A stretch of DNA of 58,705 nucleotides, counting the filler, from Platydemus manokwari (Eukaryota): the NCBI GenBank assembly GCA_037951405.1. It is 6 parts of 6 records of this genome, joined end to end, with 100 filler letters (N's around TTAATTAATTAA, not from the genome) between each part and the next. Parts side by side here need not be neighbours in the genome. Positions count along the whole stretch, not along the records: positions 29,905 to 39,349 come from JBBMOY011248874.1; positions 39,450 to 49,364 come from JBBMOY011190099.1; positions 49,465 to 58,705 come from JBBMOY011278540.1; 3 more parts are not named here. One strand, 5' to 3'. How positions within the stretch are numbered: position 1 is the first letter of the stretch; each line of letters starts with the position of its first letter. The notes beneath the pieces were generated by a model. That model was given only the letters and a program-made list of their open reading frames with translations, had not been told where the DNA came from and did not search any database. Positions 38,653 through 51,059 of the stretch are shown piece after piece. The translations under genes were made by a program, and so were the position numbers.

Positions 38653-39349
38653 TTAAAATACCACAGTTTAGATTATTTTATGAACTATTGTTCCTATATT
38701 GAACGAAAATTAACAATCTCGAAATATTCTTTTCTAATACATTCGTTTCTAGTGATTCTAGTTCAGGACAGGTCAAAATGTCATGTGGAGATTGAGAAAA
38801 TATTGGTATAATCGAAAATGTCTTGACCTTAAACAATGGTGACTCATCACTGTTATAATGATCAACACAAATTTTGTTTACAGAAATAGAAATGTCCTCA
38901 ATATATGTACAACGAATCAATCGATTTCATACATTTTTGATTGTTTCTTTTAATCAGGTAGGAAAGTTTGTTTTTTCGAAAAATTCAATACTTTCAATTT
39001 TATCTATGAAGCGCTTATGTAAAACACATATCACTTATTATTCTTGTACCAACTTTTTACTATATATATAATAAGCAGAAACCATAATCAACATCTTCAA
39101 GTTTTCTAATTTATTGAAATTAAAATAATCAATGGTGGAATTCGAAAATATGAAAATCTATTTGATAATCAATGAGCAGTTGATGTTGATATTGACTGAC
39201 ATGATGATGCTGGTAATGATGTAATATTATCAAATATAATTTCCTTCATCGAAATTCGATACTCAATGAATTCTATGATTTGTCAAGTCAAGATAAAACA
39301 AAGATGATAAAATCAATAATATTACGTGTTTAATATGTTATATATATAT

Positions 39350-39449
39350 NNNNNNNNNNNNNNNNNNNNNNNNNNNNNNNNNNNNNNNNNNNNTTAATTA
39401 ATTAANNNNNNNNNNNNNNNNNNNNNNNNNNNNNNNNNNNNNNNNNNNN
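39350..39449. other. Artificial contig spacer
   Basis: 44 N + TTAATTAATTAA + 44 N. Confidence 0.97.
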
Positions 39450-39555
39450 ATTATTGTTATTATTAATGTCATTATTATTGTCATTCTTATTGCTAATTTT
39501 AGTTCTGGTTTAATTAAATTTTCGTAGGAATTACTGTGACATTATTATTCCATAA

Positions 39556-39708
39556 NNNNNNNNNNNNNNNNNNNNNNNNNNNNNNNNNNNNNNNNNNNNN
39601 NNNNNNNNNNNNNNNNNNNNNNNNNNNNNNNNNNNNNNNNNNNNNNNNNNNNNNNNNNNNNNNNNNNNNNNNNNNNNNNNNNNNNNNNNNNNNNNNNNNN
39701 NNNNNNNN
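39556..39708. other. Sized scaffold gap (153 N, no linker)
   Basis: Plain N run, different from the linker-containing spacers. Confidence 0.95.
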
Positions 39709-40093
39709 TTTAACTATGTACTACCAAGTTTTAAATAGATTCTTATACTTGAATCAATAAATATAGGCACTGTGAATTTATCTTTAAAAATTGTTTTTTC
39801 GAATACAATCATTTATGTAGTAAAGCAAAGTTTCATGAAATAAAATTTTATCCTATCAATATCAATTCAGCACGTTCTCGACCTACTAGTTTCAATATAT
39901 TAAATATTGCTAGTATTCACTATTGGCTAGTACTAGAAAGGCTGTGAGGGTTTGATAATTGAACAATTAACATTTCATATGAGTAGTCCATCGATAATCC
40001 ACAGTTATTTTCACTCACCATAATTAGTACGACTTTGAATTCATTAAAATTGTATAACAAATCTATCTTTCTAACTTATTGCACTGTTTTTAG

Positions 40094-42712
40094 TCCTCCT
40101 CTTGGAGGAGATACTCATATAATCGATGTTAACGATAAAAAACCGGATAACTGGGATGATCGTGAAGAAATTTTCGATCCTCAAGCCAGGAAACCGGATG
40201 ATTGGGATGAGAATGAACCAGAATTTATTCCTGATGCAGAAGCCAAAAAACCAAAGAGTTGGTTGGATAACGAACCATTAATGGTGAAAAGTGATGATCG
40301 CAGACCAAGCGACTGGTAATTAATTATTTGTTAGTAACGATTTTATTTGAAGATATTTTCATTATAAATCTTTATCTATCTATCCATCTCTGTTTAAAAT
40401 TAAAATTATTCAAAAAGTTCTTTTCTAATACAATTAAAAGTTTGTGCAAATATCTATGAATTTGAGATTTCCAACAATTATAGAAAATGCAAATAATACA
40501 TGAACAAAAGTACATCTTAAATTGTAATTTTAAATACATTTTTCTTTAATGGTAGACAGCATACATTAACTATTTGAAAATATTTCAACAAAACTCAAGC
40601 ATATATTTACACGATTCAGGCTAGCACATATTGTAAAGTCACAGATGTTCCTACAATTTGACGTTGACACGAACAAATCGACAACTAACACAATCATAGA
40701 TTTATATGTGAATCTCTTTTGCACTTATATTGATTTAAATTGATAAAAAATAAAATATCTTTTCAATTATTATATAATTCTTTTCCATCAAAATTTAACA
40801 TGTATAAAGACATTTTTATTAAGGGATGAAGAAGAGAAAGGTAAATGGAAACAACCGATGGTAAAAAATTATAAATGCAAAATCAATGGTTGCGGACCAT
40901 GGAGTCCACCGAAAATAAGAAATCCCAAATATCGAGGAAAATGGACACCGCCATTGATTTACAATCCCCACTATCGTGGATCTTGGCAACCAAGAATGAT
41001 CGAAAATCCGGAATACATCAAAGAATCGCAACCATATAAGAAATTGCGACCGTTTGTAAATTAATAATTTTTGAATTTTTCTTTAACATGCATTTATTGG
41101 CAAAAATGTTTTATTTTAAATGTTTTGTTTTTGATTTATATAACGAATTATTGCTTGTTATCGTTCAATCTCGTTAGATCTATATTCGATATGTAAAATA
41201 ATTCAATATTATACAATGGCAATTTTTAATGGAAAATTGATTGGTTGTTTTCATTGAATTTATTCCATCAAATTTGAACACAAAAATCGTTTTTTAGTTT
41301 TGTGTGTGTATATTCGGCCTTGGTTAACATTACTTCATCCTTTCCAGAAAAAATAGTTATATTAACTGAAATTTAATAGTAAAATATTTGTAACCAATAG
41401 TGAAATGACAAATGAATTTTCGTATTATTGAGATATTAAGTGACTTGATATTATCCGAGTTAAACTGAATTAATTTATCGTTAGTTTATTGAAAGAATTC
41501 ATGTCTTGTGATCTAATAGACATTTTTTTCAAGAGTGCTCCAGACGGGATGGTAGTTTATTATGATTAAAATTTTCTTAAATATTTTAACTTAAAGAATT
41601 ATTAAAATTACTCTACAATTTTTATCGATAATTCTTTAGGGTATATCATATTAGACTTAAGTCTTCGTGAGAAATTACAGATAACTTCCTTGATGATAAA
41701 AATAATTTAGACGTCTTTTAAACTATAACCTAATTATTGACAATTGCCACTGTTTTGATTTTATTATTTCTATATTTTGACGGCTTTGACAACAATCTGT
41801 TCTATTATATAAAATTCTTATATAAAATTAGACAACTGGTTTGCAATTGCTACTGTTCGCATTTTATATTCTAATTTTTATTCCATATTTTATAATTCAT
41901 ATAAGTGAAAAATGTAACAAATTTGGTTCAAATAATTATGTTTATTCATCTCTAGAGTACTCTTGGTATTGAAGTATGGTCTCAGACACCAGGATTAATA
42001 TTCGATAATTTTATTATAACAGACAAATTAACACCAGCACGAGAATTTGCCATGCATACTTGGTGGCCTAAATATCAAATTGATACCAAAGATATGCCTG
42101 AATATCAAGTAAAAAATGTGAAGTATTCATAAAATTTTGATTGTAAGAAAAAATTTAGAATATATTCAATAAAACAAAAACCAACCGTAAACCTGGATTA
42201 TCGGCATACATCCATTGGTTTTGGGCAACAATACCAATTGGATTAGGTCTACCCATTCTTTTCTATATCATTATTGTCATTGTCAAGAAATCAAATCGCT
42301 ATTTAGATTTGCCAAAAGATAAACATTTATTACAAGCTTATGAAAATTTGAAAGAAAGAGAATTTCTTAGTCCATTCGATTCTCATTTTTACAAACATTC
42401 AGACAATCCAAATCAAACAACGAATTTCGTTGAGATTTCTGACGAAGCTATCAATCAGCTATTCGGCGGACCAGATGATAAAATTGCTACAGTAATCCGT
42501 AAAAGAAATCGAACCAAGCAGTTGATTAATATGGTATTATATTATTTTTGGCTTGTTAATTTTACAATAATCCAAAATTATCCGCAAGTTTGTCTGATAA
42601 TAAAGCTTGGATAAAACTGATAACTGTATTTTTGAAATTCATACTTTATTTTTAGAGTAAAAATTCCATTTTGAACCACATATCTAGAAATTTACGAGCA
42701 CAAATTTCATAA
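40094..42712 (+). CDS. CANX: Calnexin/calmegin family ER chaperone, 3' part; exons 40094-40315, 40824-41055, 41956-42108, 42159-42533, 42656-42712
   Basis: P-domain type-1 repeats KPDNWD, KPDDWD, KPKSWL, RPSDWD; type-2 repeats GKW..PMV.N, GCGPW.PP.I.NP.Y.GKW; LGIEVWS...IFDNFIIT; transmembrane helix WFWATIPIGLGLPILFYIIIVIV. Phases consistent; AATAAA at 42787-42792. Confidence 0.92.
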
Positions 42713-45700
42713 TATATTATCCTCTCTGCTGTTATTTTATTTATTTAAATTCCTTTTATTTATCAAACAACTTTTTACAATAATCTAATAAAAGTTAATA
42801 ATTAATATTGAAATATTTTAAATAATAATTGTAGTGATAATTGGCTGTTTGCTAAATGATATTTTCGGAATTCCAATAAAAATCTGGTAAGTGGGCAAGT
42901 TTCGTAGTTATTTCTACCTATCAGAGTTAAATAGGACTTTAGTTTAACCATATAACTAGTTGTTCATTTGTGACCTTAGGTTCAGGTCAACCTTTTTTAA
43001 TCCACATTAACGTTGAATCACATGATGTAATAGTACTTCGGTTTGGTATCCCTTTCAAAATTATTTAAAATTTTCCTTCAATAGTATGTAATAATGCGGT
43101 AGTCAACTTGCTCTCAATATTATGTGAAACAATAGTAACTTATAAATTTTTATTTAATCTATTTTAATTCTCAGAAACAGAATGAATTATTTGGTATGAA
43201 AAATCAATTCATCTAGGACATTATTGAAAATATTTATGAATAAAAGAACTATAAAAATTTTTAGTTAATATTAAAATATTTTTAGATGAATTCACCAGCT
43301 GGAGATGCGCATTAATGGATTAGTTTTTCCATAAGATTACTGTTTGTTTGTACAAGTTGATTTAATACTATTTGGATTATTTACTAAATATTTTATTAAA
43401 AGTTTGTTGAAAGTACATTCTTGTTGGTATTGATATTTTTGTCTTGAATTCTTTATAATGGTTATTTCATTAAAATTCTCAAACTATCCTAACAACGGTC
43501 AAGCATTCATGAATTTGAGAACATATATTGATTCTTTAACCGCTTATTTACTGAATCATCAATTTTATTTTTTATCAAGCATTCAATATGCAGGATTGCT
43601 TAGTAAAAATCGTATTATTTTAGGATGTATTTTTGGATACTATTTTGATTTATGATATCTGTCGAGAAATGCAAAAATTCAATGCTAATAAGGACTCTTG
43701 ACATCTTGGAAGCAGCTGTGCTTTCATATTTTATATGCATACATACATACGCAGTCATAGAAACCAATCAGAAGGAACATAGGACAAAGATTTCAATTTG
43801 GATAAATACATTACTACATAACAACATAAACTTATGGACTGACGAATTTCAGTCAATATAAATCTTTAATTTCATTTGGAGTTCCAAAAATCAGAATATA
43901 GTTTCAAATTTAAACACAGTCAAATTTTTGGATAAGTTTCGTAGCAAAAATAGGTTTATGACAAGTTGAAACAGATAAGAGTAAAATTTATTTATCATGT
44001 CTTTTTGATGCTAGTGCTGAGCAGTACCGTTTGAACCAATAAAAGGCTTATTAACTAATTTTGGTTTTGGTATGTCAACTTATAATAGAAGAAAACCTAG
44101 TTGGTTAGGAACTCTCAGTAATTTCACTACAGATTTTTATAAGCACGTATATTAGCTCGTCGCAGTGAGGAGATTCAATATTGATATAAATTTGATGATA
44201 ATTTTAATTTATTATTTGTTAGGGTTGAGATACGACTGTACAATCCATTAAATTATATACTCAAAGTTGTCAGGTACTTTGTACCCGGGATTTTCCATCA
44301 CTCAAAATTTTTATCATTTTTTATACATTGGTCGCTAATGATTTATATTTTTAAAATTTCTTTAAATTTTTAAGTTATTAAATTTTACTGATATTACAAA
44401 TTATTTTAAGTTAAGTTAACTGATTACGTTTTATATTTCTTTTTTATTCTATTTATTTGAATAACTAGGTTTATATAAATGATATTATATTTGTATTTTT
44501 ACCATTTCTTACAAATACAAATGAAGCCTTTTAATCATGAATCAGATAATTGTTTTATCCAAAAATCATACATCAGATAAATTACAATTGAATCAAATAG
44601 ATTATTTTTGTTGAACAAAGTCTTTATCAAATTAATATAATATATTAATAGATCATGAAGGATTACATATGTGTGTTTAATGTCTTGGATTCATCGTAAT
44701 TCTAAGTTTTCGTAACTTGAAATTCGAAGTTGAATGGTGTGTTTTGGATTTCAAACGTCCAAATTCACAATCCAATTCTTCTTGCTCCAGATCTTTCAGC
44801 CTGAGGCGTTGTTGATAAGTATTATGCGCCTTTATTGGGTTCTCTGATTCCTTATTTATCAGATTTAATGTTGACGTCTCATCTTCTGCAGTTTATGTTT
44901 CGGTAGCTTTCTTTTTTCATGTACCAAGTTAGTTGATGATGATGAATATTTTTTCATCATCGCTCTCCTCGTCATCTGAGTAGAGTATTAATCTATCTAA
45001 GCTTTCCCAACACTTAGCGGTGCCGAGGCGTAGTTTTCATGCATTAGTTAAATTTGATATAACATAACAATAATTGATAATCAATAAAATTTATTTATAA
45101 ATCGTTAATACAATAAGCTTAATTCAATGTGTGATATGATAAACTTTTGTGTGTGACGCTGTGATGTCGTGAAGATATGAATCAACGAGCTAATGCAACT
45201 CAACTCTAATAGAGAAAGACATCAATAGAGAAGTAGTTTAAAGAAGTCAAATGTTCCTCGAGAACTTTGAACAGGTTAATTCTCTTTCGGACAATATTAC
45301 TGCATTAATTATAATTCTCTATTATTTTGGTCCAGTAATTCTGAACATCCTTTGAAAAAATTCTCTGTAAACTTTTGTGCATTTTCTCATGTTGCAAAAG
45401 TCCTTTTATATTACTTTTGTTTTATTCTTATCCTTATCTGTTTCGATAAAGGACATAACTAGATGACAACACACGTAAATGATTTGACCAATAATATTCA
45501 CAGAATTCTATAAATTAAATTGGAATTGGAGAAATAAAATATCAAATTAAAATATGACACATAAAGATACACTCAAAGATGGCCTACTGAAGCCGATGAA
45601 AAGGAAGTTGTTTATGCTTATATTTATTTGAATGGAGTGTTGGGTAGTACCAGTTAATTTTACAAATAAAAATTTGAACCTTCATTTATTCAATAAATCA

Positions 45701-48700
45701 AACAAACCTTAATTAATCAATTGACACCTGAGATATGCTTTCAAAAGCTTTCAAGAAAGATAGTCATCTATTACCTCCTTTTTATAACATTTTAGAAAAG
45801 CTAAATTTATATAAAATACCTTTGGTATGTTGTGACACTCTAGTACTTCCAAAATTTCAATGATCAAAATTATTTCTTGTAACTTGAGAATAATTTGGTC
45901 TTTGTATTCCATTTATGTTCTGTTGATTCTACCAGTTATAAACAATTAGCTTGTGATATTAAGAAGAAAATTTCTTTGAGCAACAACGTGCTTCCAATCT
46001 TCCTATTGTCCACCTAAAATTTCAGAGAAGGCTGGGTTATAAATATGCTCAATTTTAAGTAGCTATAACTTTACAGAAATTCTACATCAGTTGTGCTACA
46101 TAAAATAATAAACTTTACATTAAAAGAATAAAAATATTTTTACGGGTATGCCTAATTATGAATATAAAATTAAAATCTTATTTATTGAAGTAATCAATGT
46201 CTCAAAAAAAATACACAATGGACACTATTAGAATTCAGATATTGGATTCTAATAAAATAATTTTAAAAGACGCTGATGTGATATCATTCAAATTTTTAAC
46301 ATTTGATCATTTCTTTATGACAACCAATTTTAAATTGTTCTTGATTAATAATTTTTAATTGATATATTTTTTATTTAAATTTTCTTTAACAGAATTCAAA
46401 TTTAAATAAATACGATTATTGAAACACAATTAGAAGATTTTTAACTATGAATTTATAATATATGATAAATCATTTTTATTTTTCATTACATTCCGAACTT
46501 TTGTTAATCTTTTCTAAATTTAAATTTCGGTCCTTCACTTGTTTTCCATTTTATCTCTTGCTTTTCAATTTGAGTGAAATTTCATTTTCTAGGTTTTGAA
46601 AAATAAGATTAACTGTATTCACATTAAGAAATTTTGAAAATTCATCTTTAGATTTAGAAAAAATAATTTTTTGAAGTTCATTTATAATCTATTACAATTG
46701 GTTGGTGTAAACTCAAAATGAAATCTGAAAATTATTATTTTAATTACAGAATCACAAGGTCGATTTATCAACAGATACAGTTTAAATTGTGTCACAATTC
46801 AATTAAGACTTATTACAAAATACAGGATTAGCAACCGGAAATCCGGAAGTCGAAGACAGAATAGAAAAAACCAAAAGGACTCGCTGTTGAAAATCACGTA
46901 AAAGTCAAGAACAAAATACAGATTACCGACCACACAAGACTGGCAGTTGCTCAAGGAATCCAACCTCTTTTATAGATCTATTATGTGTGCCCGTTTGATG
47001 TCATGAAAATTTGTTTTTCATTTGTTCGTACAGGGATATGTTAGTAATTTTCATTACATCTCTCGTGCCATTGGGAGATATCTGTGTTTGTTGCCATTTG
47101 TTGATATGTGTCAGTAGTATTTTAACTTCTAAACATAGATTAATATGAAATGGAATCTAACTGGCTGTTGGCAAGTGCATTTATCGGATCTGTGTATGTC
47201 AATCATTTAGGAGTTATTTCCTTGGTTCCTGTGAACATTTTGGCTGATTTTGTGACCTACCCAACACATTTTATAATGTATTATAATCCACTGGATAGTA
47301 TAGTTTAATAAAATTACTGTTTAATTTATTAAATATCACAATCCAGCTCCATAAACAGTAATGTGCTTTGAAAAAATGAAATAATTGCATTTTACAATGA
47401 CAATAGATAATTGGATATTATTGAGTATGAGGTATAATGGTGTTTGAATATTTCTAAACAATTCATGAAACACTGACTCCAAATTCGAAGGCAAATAATA
47501 CATTTCCTTGTATATTAATCAATACACTAACACAAATTATAATGCACAAAACATCAACTAAAACTTGCATTCCAACTGGCAGTTGTCCATCTTTACAAAG
47601 ATTTTTATATTCGCGATCTGTATGTAATTTTTTGTGCTCTGTTGTATCATTTTAATTCGATATTGATTTTTCTATGTTTTATTGGGTTTTTAAGTTTTCG
47701 CATGAGTGGGATTGGTGAATCCCTATGAGTGTGTGTTGTTATGGATTATTCAATTCTTTATTCAGTTATGGTTTACCATCTAACTTCACTATGATTGGCT
47801 GGTTACTATGTCTGTATGGCTACGTATGCATGTAAATGTTTAAAGTACTTAAACAATGGTTCCCAAGTGCAAATTGGTTTTTCTTTTGCAGAATTTTATC
47901 TCATCGAACAAGGAACAGAAAATATCAATCGTAATCATTGCAACAAACTTCAAGGTCTTCAAATCACTACTTTCTAATTATATTCAAATGTACAGTTTTA
48001 TTGTTTTATCAATTATAAAATACTGAATTATCTTCTAGCTATTTATATCGTAACAATAATAATGCTAAACATAGAAAGGTCCTATAGTATATTTTAAATA
48101 AATATAACCAATAACTAATGATTAATCAGGCTAAGTTATTAGTACTACAATACAAAAATTATGTTGTAATATAATAATAATAATAATAATAAAAATTAAA
48201 AGAACTAAATAGCAAAAGTACTTCTGACAATCGTATGATGGCTTTCAATAAACATCATCAATGTCTCGTCGTAAAGACATAAGACAGCAGAAATTTAGCT
48301 ACAAATAAATTAAATAATTTAAAAACCTATTATTACAATGATGTGGTGTAAAATTATCAGAATGAATTTAAAAATTCTGACAGGTAATATATTTTTTTGT
48401 ATCATTCCTGCAACACTTCAACTGTGTTCGTAAATTACAAATCACAAACTGAGTGATTATATTAATCGAGGCTCGAAGCCCAAAGACAAAGTATTCTTCA
48501 AAAAAAAATAATAAGAATATAATTAAAAATAATTATTGTTGTAATGGTGTATATATTGCATAAATAGCATTGGAAAATAATTTGGTATTTAGCATGGTTG
48601 GTACGTTTCTTTTGGTACGTCGTCAAGTGTGCCGAAAGCTAGTCCAGTTAATTAATTTTTATTCCCCATGTATACTGGTATTTTTATTATTAAATTTTAA

Positions 48701-49364
48701 TTTTCTATACAATTTTAAACTCATTTTAATTTCATAAATAGTATCAAGAAAAGTTGAAATTAAAAATTAGCTAAAACAATCTAACAACATGTTGAATTTT
48801 TTCAGTTTTTTGATTTTATTTTTAAAATTATAAACAAAAATAATACGATTAATATAATTGATTTTAGTTTATAAAAATGGGACAAGCGATATTTTCAGTT
48901 CTTTTAATTTGAAAACGGTAATTAAAATAAACATTTTTTATTACTTTTAAATTTATCGAATAAATTATCAAATGAATAACAGAAAATCAATTAAATCTCG
49001 CGATTGATTTCAAAACATCAAGCCATTCTAATGACAATTTGAAGATACCACAAAGTCGAAATTTTTTTTGGAATTTCAAGTTTTAATAAAAACTTATTTA
49101 TAAATTGATATCACAATTTTAAATATATGTATGTAAAATTCAAAATGGAACTTCTGTTTACTATTACAAAACAGCAAGACTAGTGGAAATCTTTTAACAG
49201 CCACATTGAAATAATTAATTTTAATAAATTTTAATAATGAAAAATAAATCTAATCATTTTGGTAATCTAAGAAATTTTATTCTAAACTTCAATTATTAGG
49301 TTGTTGGGAAAATAATGGCCGTTTGTAAACGTATACTTTAAAATACTATAACTCGCTTTAAAAT

Positions 49365-49464
49365 NNNNNNNNNNNNNNNNNNNNNNNNNNNNNNNNNNNN
49401 NNNNNNNNTTAATTAATTAANNNNNNNNNNNNNNNNNNNNNNNNNNNNNNNNNNNNNNNNNNNN
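49365..49464. other. Artificial contig spacer
   Basis: 44 N + TTAATTAATTAA + 44 N. Confidence 0.97.
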
Positions 49465-50094
49465 CAAAAACTTGAAGATGTAACAATTATATAATGAAGT
49501 TAATAGAACGTTAAAACAATTTTTGAATGACTTGAATATTTAAAAATCAGGTCGATGCCTCTTTTAGAAATCTGTGTGAATTAGAAAATTAATCAATATT
49601 GATTGAGAATCATTATTTAGATAATGTAATTATAACCGAAAAACAACCCAATAATACATTAATATGGACATTACCAGATCACACAACGAATATCGAAACA
49701 TTAGCATATTATATACCAATAACTAATCATCTTAAGACCATTGTCTTTAAACTAGATTCCCCGATAATTAAATAATCACGTCAAATTTATATTTCCCAAC
49801 ATTTATAGATATTATTTCGATTTAAACTTTTTTTATCATTCTGGTAAAATCTCAATAAATTTCGATGAAATCATTTTAAGATTCTCTCTCTTCTTTTTCT
49901 AAAAGAATTCTTGAAATTTATAGAGTATTTTTATTCGATTCCAGATTCAATAAGCAAAAGAATATAGATTATTTTAAAAACAACAAATGAATATTGTGAG
50001 GAATTTGCTGTTATGGAACTAAAATTCAACCAAAATGGCTTCAAGACAGAAATAGGCATCGACAATAAATGTGATTGTAATGGATACGATGCAA

Positions 50095-50333
50095 TCATTG
50101 AATAAATCATTAAATTATCGATTCGATTAGAGGAATGTATTCAACATTTGTCTATCGATGAACCACATATTTGGGATTGTCAAATCGTTCAATCACTCAT
50201 TCATCATGGACATGAAGCAGTCATTGAATAAATCATTAAATTATCGATTCGATTAGAGGAATGTATTCAATATCTGTCTATCGATGGACCACAAATTTGG
50301 GATTGTCAAATCGTTCGATCACTCATTCATCAT
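50095..50333 (+). repeat. Tandem duplication with 126-bp period inside a decayed coding-like frame
   Basis: Units start at 50095 and 50221 (TCATTGAATAAATCATTAAATTATCGATTCGATTAGAGG...) and differ by only a few substitutions. Confidence 0.9.
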
Positions 50334-50829
50334 AACCCTTTCATACGTTATTACAGATTTTAATTCCAACTCTTTTATCAAAGCAGTTCTCAGTAAATAT
50401 TTATGATAATATATTATCAAACACAACACAAAGTTAATTCCAATATTGAAAATAATCAATATACAACTGTGAATGTCTACCGCGTAAAAGAAAATGCCTG
50501 TTTCCATGGTAACGAGATGTCAAATGCTAAATCAATTGATGGTTGGGTTTCGAAATAAATTTTATAACCCATTAAAAACACATTTCGCCTATATCCCATA
50601 GTTATCCGGGGAAAAAAATGACGAAACAGATCAGTGTTTCACTGAAAAAATGTAACAAAACATGTGATTTGTTTTAATATGTCTGATATAAACATCACTA
50701 ATTAGCTACGAATCCGTTCCAATTTGATTTTGGTTAATAATTAGATTTGCTATGTCATACCGATTGATTTATCAATTATAAAATCGGATCTATTTTTTTT
50801 GATTTTGTAAACAGATTTTTCATGACTAA

Positions 50830-51059
50830 CCTTTGTGAACCTCTGGAGGACAAGTGCACACCAAATGATTCTGACTGGATTTGAAATGATTCTGTATTTG
50901 TTGTGAAATGAACTGATTCACTTGGAGCTGTGATGGAATGGGTATTTGATGCATTTTCCATTGGTTCAATGTTGTACAGTGATCGGTTTGTGGATTAATT
51001 ACAGTTTCGATTTTCGAATTAGTCATTTGATGACGACTGTTGGACATTTGTGGGGACAT
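50830..51059 (-). CDS. Possible first coding exon of an unknown gene (Q/S/N-rich)
   Basis: Acceptor-like TTAG near 51080, ATG at 51059, open frame to the donor-like AAG|GTTAGT at 50829; locally less AT-rich. No homology recognised. Confidence 0.35.

Noticed and set aside
43458-47980. Possible RT, transposase or viral capsid remnants (e.g. FLDTILIY near 43630; QRWPTEADEKEV near 45575)
   Set aside because: The motifs are too short and decayed to assign by eye; this needs a translated profile search.
50095-50240. Stop-codon reassignment suggested by the repeated in-frame TAA and by the TGAs at 56928 and 57297
   Set aside because: RRM1 and Rap2 end at TAA exactly at their conserved C-termini, and conserved exons use TGG for Trp with no internal stops.
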